The notes beneath the pieces are model-generated. The model saw only the letters and a program-made list of their open reading frames with translations. It was not told the DNA's origin and made no database searches. DNA of 64,000 nt from Chloroflexaceae bacterium (GTDB taxonomy: Bacteria > Chloroflexota > Chloroflexia > Chloroflexales > Chloroflexaceae): positions 68,079 to 132,078 of the forward strand of contig DAOTUE010000011.1 in the NCBI GenBank assembly GCA_034436975.1, read 5' to 3'. Positions 8,969 through 17,539 of this stretch are shown in pieces. Positions within the stretch are counted from its first letter, which is position 1; each line of letters starts with the position of its first letter. The position numbers and the translations under genes were made by a program.

Positions 8969-11900
8969 TCGAAGAAGTCAATCTTCAACAGCAAGACGAG
9001 TATACCCGCTACGAAAAAGGACTGAACGAACTGTTCAAGCGGTTGGGAGAATCTCACCCGACCCTCGCCGAAGCGCACAAATTTCAGCAGCGGTTGCTCA
9101 AAAACATTGCCAACTCTCGGAGATATGGGGAAAGCGAGTTGAGCCGTTCGGAACTGTTGAAAGTGGTTGAACAGATCAACCGTCTCGCGCTCAACGAACT
9201 GGGGGTCTCGTTCTATGAACTGAGCGGATGCCCCACTGTGAGTACGAAAACGGGGCAATGGGCCCTCTTCTCCGATGCCGAGTGTCGCCTGCGCGAACAG
9301 ATTGCCGACCCGGCTCTGCGTTCTAGCATCAACTCGATCCGCCACACGGTTGAGTATATCTGGAATGAGGAAAAACCACGCATTATTCAGGATGGCACCG
9401 ACCACGGGCCGGAGTATTGCAAGCGGTTGATGGAATTTGCCGACCGGCTGCTGGCGGCAAACGATGGTCGCAGCCTCTCGCCCCAGGAACTCTACCTGCT
9501 GCTGGCGGGTATCTACCTGCACGACATCGGGATGCAGTGCGATGTGGTGGAGATGCCGGAAGTGCGCGAGCGGGCCGAAAAGATGGGCGCACGGTTCAAT
9601 GTTGATTTTGGGCAGAAGAAACCAGGGTCCTACACCATCCGACACCAGAAAGCGATCCGCAAAAACCACGCCTACCTCTCGGCGGCCTGGATTGCCTATG
9701 CCCGCCAGACGGGAGACACCGCCCTCGGCCCCGCCGCCATGAGCATCCCCCGCGAGTTGCTCGACGACCTGGTAGATGTGTGTTGCTATCATACGGGGCT
9801 GCCACTGAACGATTGCCCCATCACGTTGAAATTTGACCCGGCCGGGCGCAAACAGCTTATTGTTGCGCTGCTACGCTTTGCCGACGAACTGGATATTGAG
9901 ATCAACCGGGTTCCCATTGAGGTTATCAATACCCATGTTATTGACCAGCGCAACATTGTCTACTGGTGGCTGCACAACCGCGCACGGGTGCTCTTTATTG
10001 CTCGCAACGTCATTCGGCTGGCCATATTTTTGCACCCCGACGACGCAGCAGCCTATGGCGATTTTGTCTACAATGCGTTTATCAACGAGTTTCAGAGCCG
10101 CAATGCGCCAGTCCTCAATATCCTGGCAAAAAACGGCTTCCCCATCGTCATTGATGCCGAATCACAGATAGAAACCTACGAACGCGAAGAATTTCTCCCC
10201 CCCGACGTGGTGCAGGCCTTCCAGACTGCGCTCCAGCGTGAGCCGCTGTATGAGCTGGCCGAAGAGGTGCGGACCTGGCTCCGCGCCATGCGCTATGAAG
10301 TGACTGCACCGCAGCAACGAGAAGAGTATATCTTCGAGATGATAGCAACGCTCGACCTGGGCGCGGTGCGACAACGTATCTGTGTGCGCTGTGTGGGGGG
10401 CACGCTCAAGGTGCAAGACGTGGATGGCCTGGACAAAGTGCTTGGGCGCAAAATGCCCCAGGGTTGGCTCATTTGCGAAAAACGAGTTCCCGACGCGGTG
10501 CATACGCGAATCGAAGCGCAGAAAGACGATGCCATTGAGGTCTTTACCCTGGCAGAGTTTTTGCAGCAGAAGGTGTGGGGGCCCTACCTCGATGCGCTGA
10601 CGGCCCTGGTTGAAAAAGACTGCATTACCAGCTACTATGTAGATCTGAAAGGCTATTTGCCCGATTGGAACGAAGAGAAAGCAGACGGCAGCGACGAAAC
10701 CAAACACATCCCCCTGAGCAGCCTGGATGACTACGTGGACATCTGGCTGTCCGGGCGGGGCAGGCGGCACCTCACCATCCTCGGTGATTATGGCACAGGC
10801 AAAAGTTGGTTTTGCCGCCACTACGCCGACCGCCAGCTCAAACGCTACCTCAAGGACCCCGCCCACGAGCGGCTTCCTCTCCTCATCACCCTGCGCGATT
10901 TTACCAGGGCAATGAATGTGCAACAATTGCTCAATGAGGCCCTGCTGGAACACTATAAACTGCCCTTTGTCGGCAGTGGCTACCCGGTGTTTGACGAAAT
11001 CAACCGGCGTGGCAAACTGCTTCTCATCCTCGATGGCTTTGATGAAATGGCGCGGCAGGCCGACACGAGTGAGGCAATCGCAGAAAACTTCCGCGAACTG
11101 GCGCAACTGGTCGAAGATAACAGCAAAGTCATTCTCACGAGCCAGCCGGGATACTTCTCCTGTGGCAATACAGGGAGAGAGAGCCGTGAGGAACCGCTTC
11201 ATCCTTCAATAGTCTCCCGTCTTCCCGGTTTCGAGGTGCTCTTTCTGGAGCCATTTGACGACGCGCAAATCCGCCGCGTTATCACGCTGCGACTTGGCGC
11301 GAAGCAAGGGCCAGCCCTGGCAGAGCATATCTTGCAAACCCCCAACCTCTCGTTGATTGCCCGCAAAGCAGTGCGCATTGACCTGCTGCTCAGTGCGCTA
11401 CAAGAAGTGAACGAAGAAGTCTTGCAAGAGCTGGCCCATGTCTACCTCTATGCCACCAACGCGCTACTGCTCCGCAACATTGACACCCGCCGCACCTTTA
11501 CCGCATCCACAGACAAGATCTATTTCCTCTGTGAACTGGCCTGGGAGATGATACGCAGCGGCGAGGCTCGTATTCACTACAGCCAGATCCCACAACGCAT
11601 CAAGACATTTTTCGGGCCGCGCCTCAAGGACCAGCACGAACTCGACACCTGGGATTATGACCTGCGCCAGCAAAGATTGTTGCTCCGCAACGCTGCGGGC
11701 TACTACGAATTTTCCCACAAGGTTATTGCCGAATACTTTGTTGCCTACAAGGTTGCGGCCGAACTGGGGTGCCTCTCCCCTCTCTTCCCCGAAACCTATT
11801 GCGACACCGCCGGCTGTGAGTCGGGCATACCACAGCGGGAGTTTGCAGAGCTGGCGGAGACCTTTGGTGCGATAAGCCTGGGAAATCAGCGGATGCAAGG

Positions 11901-12441
11901 TATTCGCACGCTGCTACCGGGAATGCTTACGGATGATGCGCCGGAACGGTTGCGGGCCCTGATAGCTGCTACCAGAGGCAAAACACCACAACAGGTGCGC
12001 TACATCGGGGGGAATGCGATAACCCTGCTCAATACGCTGGGAGAACTATTTGCCAGGGCAAACCTGGAAAATACCGTGTTGACAGGAGGCGATATTCGCG
12101 GGGCGAATCTCAGCGAAGCCAACCTGCGCCACGCCAGCATCTGCGAGACATCGCTGCAAGATGCGATGTTGGACAACACCGACCTGCGTGGGGCCAACCT
12201 GGCCCTGTGCCCTGCGCTGCTGGCTGGCACAACCTGCCGTGGGGCGCAGATTGGCGGTGCTCGCGGGCTGGACCAGCAATTCAGGGATGGCGAAGGGGAA
12301 CCTCTCTATACCCTCCTGGAACTTTTCGCCGAGCGAGGAGCCGTGCTCGACAGCGAGCAGCAGCAGGTGCTTGCAGAAAAGCAGGTGGACCGGCAGGCAG
12401 GAAAGAGAAAGACCGGAACCGCGTCGGGGACGTTTAGATAA
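8965..12441 (+). CDS. STAND/NACHT-type P-loop NTPase with N-terminal helical module, HD phosphohydrolase domain, degenerate restriction-endonuclease-like domain and C-terminal pentapeptide repeats
   Basis: 1158 aa. HD signature: H147, YLH186D187IGM, LLRFAD307ELD. Walker A is GDYGTGK613S and Walker B is LLLILD690GFDE. The C-terminal repeats read ANLENTVLTGGDIRGANLSEANLRHASICETSLQDAMLDNTDLRGANL. Confidence 0.8.
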   Translation: MIEEVNLQQQDEYTRYEKGLNELFKRLGESHPTLAEAHKFQQRLLKNIANSRRYGESELSRSELLKVVEQINRLALNELGVSFYELSGCPTVSTKTGQWALFSDAECRLREQIADPALRSSINSIRHTVEYIWNEEKPRIIQDGTDHGPEYCKRLMEFADRLLAANDGRSLSPQELYLLLAGIYLHDIGMQCDVVEMPEVRERAEKMGARFNVDFGQKKPGSYTIRHQKAIRKNHAYLSAAWIAYARQTGDTALGPAAMSIPRELLDDLVDVCCYHTGLPLNDCPITLKFDPAGRKQLIVALLRFADELDIEINRVPIEVINTHVIDQRNIVYWWLHNRARVLFIARNVIRLAIFLHPDDAAAYGDFVYNAFINEFQSRNAPVLNILAKNGFPIVIDAESQIETYEREEFLPPDVVQAFQTALQREPLYELAEEVRTWLRAMRYEVTAPQQREEYIFEMIATLDLGAVRQRICVRCVGGTLKVQDVDGLDKVLGRKMPQGWLICEKRVPDAVHTRIEAQKDDAIEVFTLAEFLQQKVWGPYLDALTALVEKDCITSYYVDLKGYLPDWNEEKADGSDETKHIPLSSLDDYVDIWLSGRGRRHLTILGDYGTGKSWFCRHYADRQLKRYLKDPAHERLPLLITLRDFTRAMNVQQLLNEALLEHYKLPFVGSGYPVFDEINRRGKLLLILDGFDEMARQADTSEAIAENFRELAQLVEDNSKVILTSQPGYFSCGNTGRESREEPLHPSIVSRLPGFEVLFLEPFDDAQIRRVITLRLGAKQGPALAEHILQTPNLSLIARKAVRIDLLLSALQEVNEEVLQELAHVYLYATNALLLRNIDTRRTFTASTDKIYFLCELAWEMIRSGEARIHYSQIPQRIKTFFGPRLKDQHELDTWDYDLRQQRLLLRNAAGYYEFSHKVIAEYFVAYKVAAELGCLSPLFPETYCDTAGCESGIPQREFAELAETFGAISLGNQRMQGIRTLLPGMLTDDAPERLRALIAATRGKTPQQVRYIGGNAITLLNTLGELFARANLENTVLTGGDIRGANLSEANLRHASICETSLQDAMLDNTDLRGANLALCPALLAGTTCRGAQIGGARGLDQQFRDGEGEPLYTLLELFAERGAVLDSEQQQVLAEKQVDRQAGKRKTGTASGTFR

Positions 12442-12460
12442 CCGGTTAAATAACCAGTTA
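12439..12460 (+). promoter_or_regulatory. Two tandem palindromic 10-mers TAACCGGTTA / TAACCAGTTA (candidate TetR-type operator half-sites)
   Basis: Perfect palindrome TAACCGGTTA (12439-12448), then TAACCAGTTA (12451-12460). A related ACTGGTTA lies at 12727-12734, just downstream of the predicted tetR promoter. Confidence 0.25.
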
Positions 12461-12685
12461 TACCAGATTTGCCTTCAAAATAACAAGAAAGCTGCAAAGG
12501 AGAGGATAGGAAGACAGCTCTGGAAGCGCAAGCGTCCCGCTTGCCATCAGCAGGATGGTGATTGAGGATGTGCAGGTAGACATTGCCCGCCTGAACGATC
12601 CTACCTTGATCCCACCTTGCATGGCAATCAGTATCAAGACCCGGCGTGCCTGGATGAACGCTCCCCTCATCTTCGTATTTGCCCC

Positions 12686-12714
12686 TTGACGCACCCCTCG
12701 CGGTGTGCTATGCT
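12686..12714 (+). promoter_or_regulatory. Candidate sigma70-type promoter of the TetR/ABC efflux operon
   Basis: TTGACG (12686-12691), 17-nt spacer, TATGCT (12709-12714), 45 nt upstream of the tetR-like ATG. Confidence 0.4.
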
Positions 12715-12758
12715 TATTATTGACTGACTGGTTAATCAAGAAACAAGAAAGCAAGAGC

Positions 12759-13403
12759 ATGGCCCGCACAAAAACCACGCACACCGAAAAAAAGTCGCTC
12801 ATCCTCCAGGCGGCTATCAAGACCTTTGCCCAGTATGGCTACGAGGGGACAACCAACAAGCTGATTGCTGCTGAGGTGCGGCGCAGCAGCGGCAGCAGTT
12901 TCACTCCCGCGCTGATCTATCACTACTTTCCAGAGGGCAAACTCCAGCTTCTCTCCAACATTATGCAGCAGTATTCTCCCTTGCAGGAACTGGGGCGGGC
13001 CGTGCGGGAACAGACCGACTCCCCCCCCGATGTCTTCTTGCCAGCGGTTGCCTATGCCTATATTCGCCTGTTTGATGACCTGGAGACGGCGCGGTTGTTT
13101 CGCATCTTCTTCACCGAGGGACCCCGCTATCCGGAGCTGGTGCAGGGCATCACCGAGCGCATTTTTCCGCTCATCATGATTCCAATGGTGCAGTATTTAC
13201 AGCGGCAGGTGCAACAGGGGACCATCAAGCCCGTGCAGCCACTGGCGGCAGTCTTTCAGTTTTTTGGCCCGCTCCTGATGCGCGGCTTGCTGAAAGAAAA
13301 CCTGAACACCATTACCCCGCCCTTCCCGATGCCCTCCGACCAGGAGATGATTGAAAACCATGTGCAAACTTTTTTACACGGCTTGCTGACCAGGAACAAT
13401 TAG
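12759..13403 (+). CDS. TetR/AcrR-family transcriptional regulator
   Basis: The N-terminal helix-turn-helix region KKSLILQAAIKTFAQYGYEGTTNKLIAAEV is typical of TetR_N. ATG at 12759 lies within ORF 12705..13403. Confidence 0.8.
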   Translation: MARTKTTHTEKKSLILQAAIKTFAQYGYEGTTNKLIAAEVRRSSGSSFTPALIYHYFPEGKLQLLSNIMQQYSPLQELGRAVREQTDSPPDVFLPAVAYAYIRLFDDLETARLFRIFFTEGPRYPELVQGITERIFPLIMIPMVQYLQRQVQQGTIKPVQPLAAVFQFFGPLLMRGLLKENLNTITPPFPMPSDQEMIENHVQTFLHGLLTRNN

Positions 13404-13434
13404 AGAACGAACGATTGAAGAAAGCGAACCGGCT

Positions 13435-14559
13435 ATGAGATTGCTCGCGCTCATCCGCAAAGAGTTTATTCAGATTATCCGTGACCCGCGCACGCTGGCC
13501 CTCACGTTTGCCATGCCGATCATGCAGCTTATTCTCCTGGGCTATGCGGCCACAAACGATGTGCGAAACCTTCCCCTAGTCATCTTCGACCAGGACAAGT
13601 CGTCGGCCTCGCGGGAACTGCTGGATGCCTACCGCGTGTCCGACTACTTCCGCGAAACGCACATTGTGCAATCGGAAGCCGACCTTCGCACCCTGCTCGA
13701 CCGTGGCTCGGTGCGTGTGGGCATTGTCATTCCGCCCGACTATGGCAAGCGTATTGCCGACGGGCGCATGGCGCAGGTGGCGTTTGTCATAGATGGCTCC
13801 GACCCGACCGTAGCGGGCACGGCCCTCTCAGCAGCCACGCTGATAGGCCAGGCAAAATCTACCGAACTGCTGCTAGAACGGCTGGAGCGGAGCGGGCAGG
13901 CGGGCGCATTCCGCCCGGCCCTGGAGGTCCGCACGCGGGTATGGTACAACCCCGACCTGGAAAGCTCCTACTACATGGTTCCGGCCCTCATCGGGTTGAT
14001 CCTGCAATTCCTCACAACAATTTTGACAGCCAGTTCTATTGTGCGGGAGCGGGAGCGCGGAACGATTGAGCAGCTTATTGTCACCCCCATCCGCTCGTGG
14101 GAGCTGATTGTTGGCAAGCTGACCCCCTATGTGCTGATTGCCTTTCTCGATGCGGTTGAAATTTTGCTGGCCGGAGTGCTCCTCTTTGGTGTGCCCATCA
14201 ACGGGAGCGTGCCGCTGCTGCTCACACTGGCGGCCCTCTTCCTCATAACGACGCTCGGTATTGGCCTCTTCATCTCAACCATCTCGAACACGCAGCAGGA
14301 AGCAATCCTCTCCTCAATGTTTACCATTTTGCCCTCGCTCTTCCTGTCGGGGTTCTTCTTTCCGCTGGAGGCAATGCCGAAAGTTTTGCAAATCATCAGC
14401 TACGCTATCCCGCTACGCTACTTTCTTATTGTTGTGCGGGGTATCGTGCTCAAAGGGGTGGGAACAGAAATGCTCTGGAAAGAAATACTTTTGCTCAGTC
14501 TTTTCGCCATCATTATTATGGGAGCAGCGGCGGCTCGGTTTCGCAAGCGGCTTGATTAG
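13435..14559 (+). CDS. ABC-2 type transporter permease
   Basis: 374 aa. N-terminal LIRKEFIQIIRDPRTL, a large extracytoplasmic loop, then 5 C-terminal TM segments. This layout resembles YbhS/YbhR-like ABC-2 permeases. Confidence 0.8.
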   Translation: MRLLALIRKEFIQIIRDPRTLALTFAMPIMQLILLGYAATNDVRNLPLVIFDQDKSSASRELLDAYRVSDYFRETHIVQSEADLRTLLDRGSVRVGIVIPPDYGKRIADGRMAQVAFVIDGSDPTVAGTALSAATLIGQAKSTELLLERLERSGQAGAFRPALEVRTRVWYNPDLESSYYMVPALIGLILQFLTTILTASSIVRERERGTIEQLIVTPIRSWELIVGKLTPYVLIAFLDAVEILLAGVLLFGVPINGSVPLLLTLAALFLITTLGIGLFISTISNTQQEAILSSMFTILPSLFLSGFFFPLEAMPKVLQIISYAIPLRYFLIVVRGIVLKGVGTEMLWKEILLLSLFAIIIMGAAAARFRKRLD

Positions 14560-14586
14560 CCCTGGGATAGGGAAGGAGGGGAAGGA

Positions 14587-15417
14587 ATGCATCCGAATCC
14601 GCGACGTATTCTACCGGTGGTCCTGGCGGTGGTGCTGGTGGGGAGCGGCCTCTGGTGGGGCTATCAGGAGTGGTTCGCGCCGGAGCCAACAACGATAACC
14701 GCCACGGGAACCATTGAAGCAACGCAGTTTGTCATTGCCCCCGAACGCTCCGGGCGCATTGCTGATATAGCGGTTGAGGATGGCGAGTCGGTATCGGCAG
14801 GGCAAATGCTCATTACGCTCGAAAGCGACCTCCTGTTGGCGCAACGCGAGCAGGCCGAAGCGGCCTATGTGGCGGCGCAGCAGCAAGCGCAAGCCGCCGA
14901 GGCCCGGCTGCAACTCGAACAGCGCAAGGCCGGCGTGGCCAATGAGCATATCCGCGCTATTGAAGCCGAAGTCGAGGCAGCCCGCGCCCAGGCCCGCGCT
15001 TCGCTGGCCTCCGTGCGGGTGCTCGACATCCAGATAGGCAAGATGACGTTGGTCTCCCCCATTGATGGCGTGGTCATTGAACGCACAGCCGAGCCGGGCG
15101 AAATGGCGATGCCCGGCGGGACACTGCTTGTGCTGGCCGACCTGCGCCACCTGGAAATCACGGTCTATGTTCCCGAAGATCAGTATGGGCACATTCTGCT
15201 CAAGGACCGCGCAACACTGACGGTTGATACCTGGTCCGAGCGCGAGTTTCCCGCTGTGGTCAGCCACATTGCCAGCGAAGCCGAATTTACCCCACGCAAT
15301 GTGCAAACCGTCGAAGGGCGCAAGTTGATGGTGTTTGCCGTCACGCTGGAGGTGGAAAACCCCGACGGGTTGCTCAAGCCGGGCATGCCCGCCGATGTTG
15401 TTTTTGATAGGAGTTGA
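14587..15417 (+). CDS. HlyD-family periplasmic adaptor (membrane fusion protein)
   Basis: N-terminal TM, a coiled-coil region rich in A/Q/E, beta-barrel motifs (LVSPIDGVVIE, LKPGMPADV), and operon context with ABC genes. Confidence 0.75.
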   Translation: MHPNPRRILPVVLAVVLVGSGLWWGYQEWFAPEPTTITATGTIEATQFVIAPERSGRIADIAVEDGESVSAGQMLITLESDLLLAQREQAEAAYVAAQQQAQAAEARLQLEQRKAGVANEHIRAIEAEVEAARAQARASLASVRVLDIQIGKMTLVSPIDGVVIERTAEPGEMAMPGGTLLVLADLRHLEITVYVPEDQYGHILLKDRATLTVDTWSEREFPAVVSHIASEAEFTPRNVQTVEGRKLMVFAVTLEVENPDGLLKPGMPADVVFDRS

Positions 15418-15494
15418 TGAACAATACAGGCGATAGCTTTTCTTTGTAATCACATTATGCTCATAGCGATAGGTGGCAATAGGTAGCAATAGGT

Positions 15495-16436
15495 ATGGAC
15501 GATCTCCGCGTTGAAGCGCACAATCTGCAAAAAACATTCGGGCCTGTCCGGGCTGTCAACGATGTCAGTTTGTGCGTGCGATCTGGCGAAGCCTACGGGC
15601 TGGTGGGCCCCGATGGAGCGGGCAAAACAACAACCATGCGCCTGCTTGTCGGGGCCCTCACCAGCGAAGGTGGCTCGGTGCATATCGGGCCCCATCGGCT
15701 CGACGAACACCCCGAACAGGCCCGCGCCAACATTGGCTACCTGGCGCAGCGGTTCAGCCTCTACGAGGATCTCACCGTTGCCGAAAATCTCCGTTTCTTT
15801 GGCGAGGTGCGCGGACTGAGTGGTTCCACGCTTGAAGAGCGGGCCGCCGAACTGTTCGGGTTTGTCGGGCTGAGCGGCTTCGAGCGGCGGCTGGCCGGGC
15901 GGCTTTCAGGGGGGATGAAGCAGAAGTTGGGGCTGGCCTGCGCTCTGGTCCATCGCCCGGCGGTCCTGCTCCTTGATGAACCCTCCGGCGGGGTTGACCC
16001 GGTGACGCGGCAGGACTTCTGGCGGCTCATCATTCGTCTGCTTGCGGAAACGGGGCTTGCCGTCGTTGTCAGCACCCCTTACATGGACGAGGCGACCCGC
16101 TGCACCCGCGTCGGGTTTATGTCGCAGGGGCGCATGCTGGCCGAGGGCACCCCGCGCCAGCTTACGGCAACGCTCAATGGGCGCATTCTCGAAATTGCCG
16201 CAAAACCGGCCAACAGAGCACGGCAAGTTTGCGAGCAGGACCACGATATAGAAGATGTTGCCACCTTTGGAGACCGGCTGCATCTGCGGCTCCGCGCCGG
16301 CTGCGGCCCCGTGGAGCAAGTGCAGGAGCGGCTCTCCAACGCACTCGCGGCGGACGATGTGCAGGTAACGTTTTTGCGCCCGGTTAAGCCTGGCCTCGAA
16401 GATGTGTTTATCTCGCTGCTGACCGGCACGGGCTGA
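15495..16436 (+). CDS. ABC transporter ATP-binding protein
   Basis: Walker A GPDGAGKTT, signature LSGGMKQKL, Walker B LLLDEPSGGVD. Confidence 0.9.
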   Translation: MDDLRVEAHNLQKTFGPVRAVNDVSLCVRSGEAYGLVGPDGAGKTTTMRLLVGALTSEGGSVHIGPHRLDEHPEQARANIGYLAQRFSLYEDLTVAENLRFFGEVRGLSGSTLEERAAELFGFVGLSGFERRLAGRLSGGMKQKLGLACALVHRPAVLLLDEPSGGVDPVTRQDFWRLIIRLLAETGLAVVVSTPYMDEATRCTRVGFMSQGRMLAEGTPRQLTATLNGRILEIAAKPANRARQVCEQDHDIEDVATFGDRLHLRLRAGCGPVEQVQERLSNALAADDVQVTFLRPVKPGLEDVFISLLTGTG

Positions 16437-16525
16437 TACCAAAGCCGGATAGATAGTTTAACCACAAAGCCTTCGTGCCCTTTGTGTCTTTGTGGTTTTT
16501 TCAAGTGTTCAGGCGAACATGGTAT
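16434..16525 (-). repeat. Family-B hairpin repeat, copy B2 (inverted orientation, short form)
   Basis: The reverse complement reads ATACCATGTTCGCCTGAACAC..AAAAAACCACAAAGACACAAAGGGCACGAAGGCTTTGTGG..CTATCTATCCGGCTTTGGTATCA, matching B5. Confidence 0.8.
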
Positions 16526-16542
16526 GAGAGGGGGGAGAGCCA

Positions 16543-17481
16543 ATGGCGAAAACTGTTGTTCAGGTTGAGAACCTTACGCGGAAGTTTGGCGATTTTACCG
16601 CAGTGGACAATGTCTCATTCGAGGTGCAGGAGGGGGAGATTGTTGGCTACCTGGGCCCGAATGGGAGCGGCAAAACAACAACGATCCGTATGCTGCTTGG
16701 TCTGCTCCAGCCCACGTCGGGGGAGGGCACCGTGCTTGGTTTCGACATTCGGAAGCAGGCCGAATCGTTGCGTCCCCTCGTGGGCTATATGAGCCAGAAA
16801 TTCGCCCTCTACGAAGATCTGACCGTCTATGAAAACCTGGTGTTCTACGCGGGTATCTACGGAATGCGCCCCGGTGACTACCGCCCCCGCATCCGCGACG
16901 TGCTGGACCTGGTGGGGTTGGTGGGGCACGAGCACGAACGGGCCGGGACTATTTCGGGGGGGTGGCGGCAACGGCTCGCGCTTGGGATTGCGCTGGTCCA
17001 TCGGCCCGCCCTGCTCTTTCTCGATGAGCCGACTAGCGGGGTTGACCCGATGGCACGGCGGCAGTTCTGGGATCTTATCTACACGCTGGCAGAAGGCGGC
17101 ACAACAATTTTTGTCACGACGCACTATATGGATGAGGCCGAACACTGTGGGCGGCTCGGTATCATGTTTCAGGGGCGGCTCATAGCGATGGATACGCCCG
17201 TTGCGCTCAAGCAGTCACAGCTTGCGGGGCCGGCCTGGAACATTGTTGCCACGCCCCTGATACCTGCGCTGGACGCACTGGCCACCGTGCCGGGCATCTC
17301 CCGCGTGGGGTTGCTTGGCGATCATCTCCACGCCATTACAACGGGCGACGCACACACCGCGACGAGCCTTGAAACGGCCCTGGCTTCGCTTGGCTTCTCT
17401 CCGGAGCAGGTCGAGCCAGTTGATCCCACACTGGAGGACGTATTTATGACGTTGGCCGCGCCTCCGCAACAGGCCAGCTAA
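16543..17481 (+). CDS. ABC transporter ATP-binding protein (second ATPase of the efflux operon)
   Basis: Walker A GPNGSGKTT, signature ISGGWRQRL, Walker B LFLDEPTSGVD. Confidence 0.9.
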   Translation: MAKTVVQVENLTRKFGDFTAVDNVSFEVQEGEIVGYLGPNGSGKTTTIRMLLGLLQPTSGEGTVLGFDIRKQAESLRPLVGYMSQKFALYEDLTVYENLVFYAGIYGMRPGDYRPRIRDVLDLVGLVGHEHERAGTISGGWRQRLALGIALVHRPALLFLDEPTSGVDPMARRQFWDLIYTLAEGGTTIFVTTHYMDEAEHCGRLGIMFQGRLIAMDTPVALKQSQLAGPAWNIVATPLIPALDALATVPGISRVGLLGDHLHAITTGDAHTATSLETALASLGFSPEQVEPVDPTLEDVFMTLAAPPQQAS

Positions 17482-17539
17482 ACCGTTCCCTGAAAGGTGC
17501 ATCCATTTGCAGGCTGTTTTGCCTGTCCCCTATCCCTCC

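Noticed and set aside
10162-11202. 346-aa minus-strand ORF inside the STAND gene
   Set aside because: It is an antisense shadow with no motifs. The plus frame carries the Walker A/B motifs.
12458-12820. 120-aa minus-strand ORF in the STAND-tetR spacer
   Set aside because: It overlaps the tetR start and promoter in antisense, has no RBS or motif, and the region is better explained as regulatory.
14611-15537. 308-aa minus-strand ORF over the HlyD gene
   Set aside because: It is an antisense shadow ORF. The plus-strand gene fits the operon and the family pattern.
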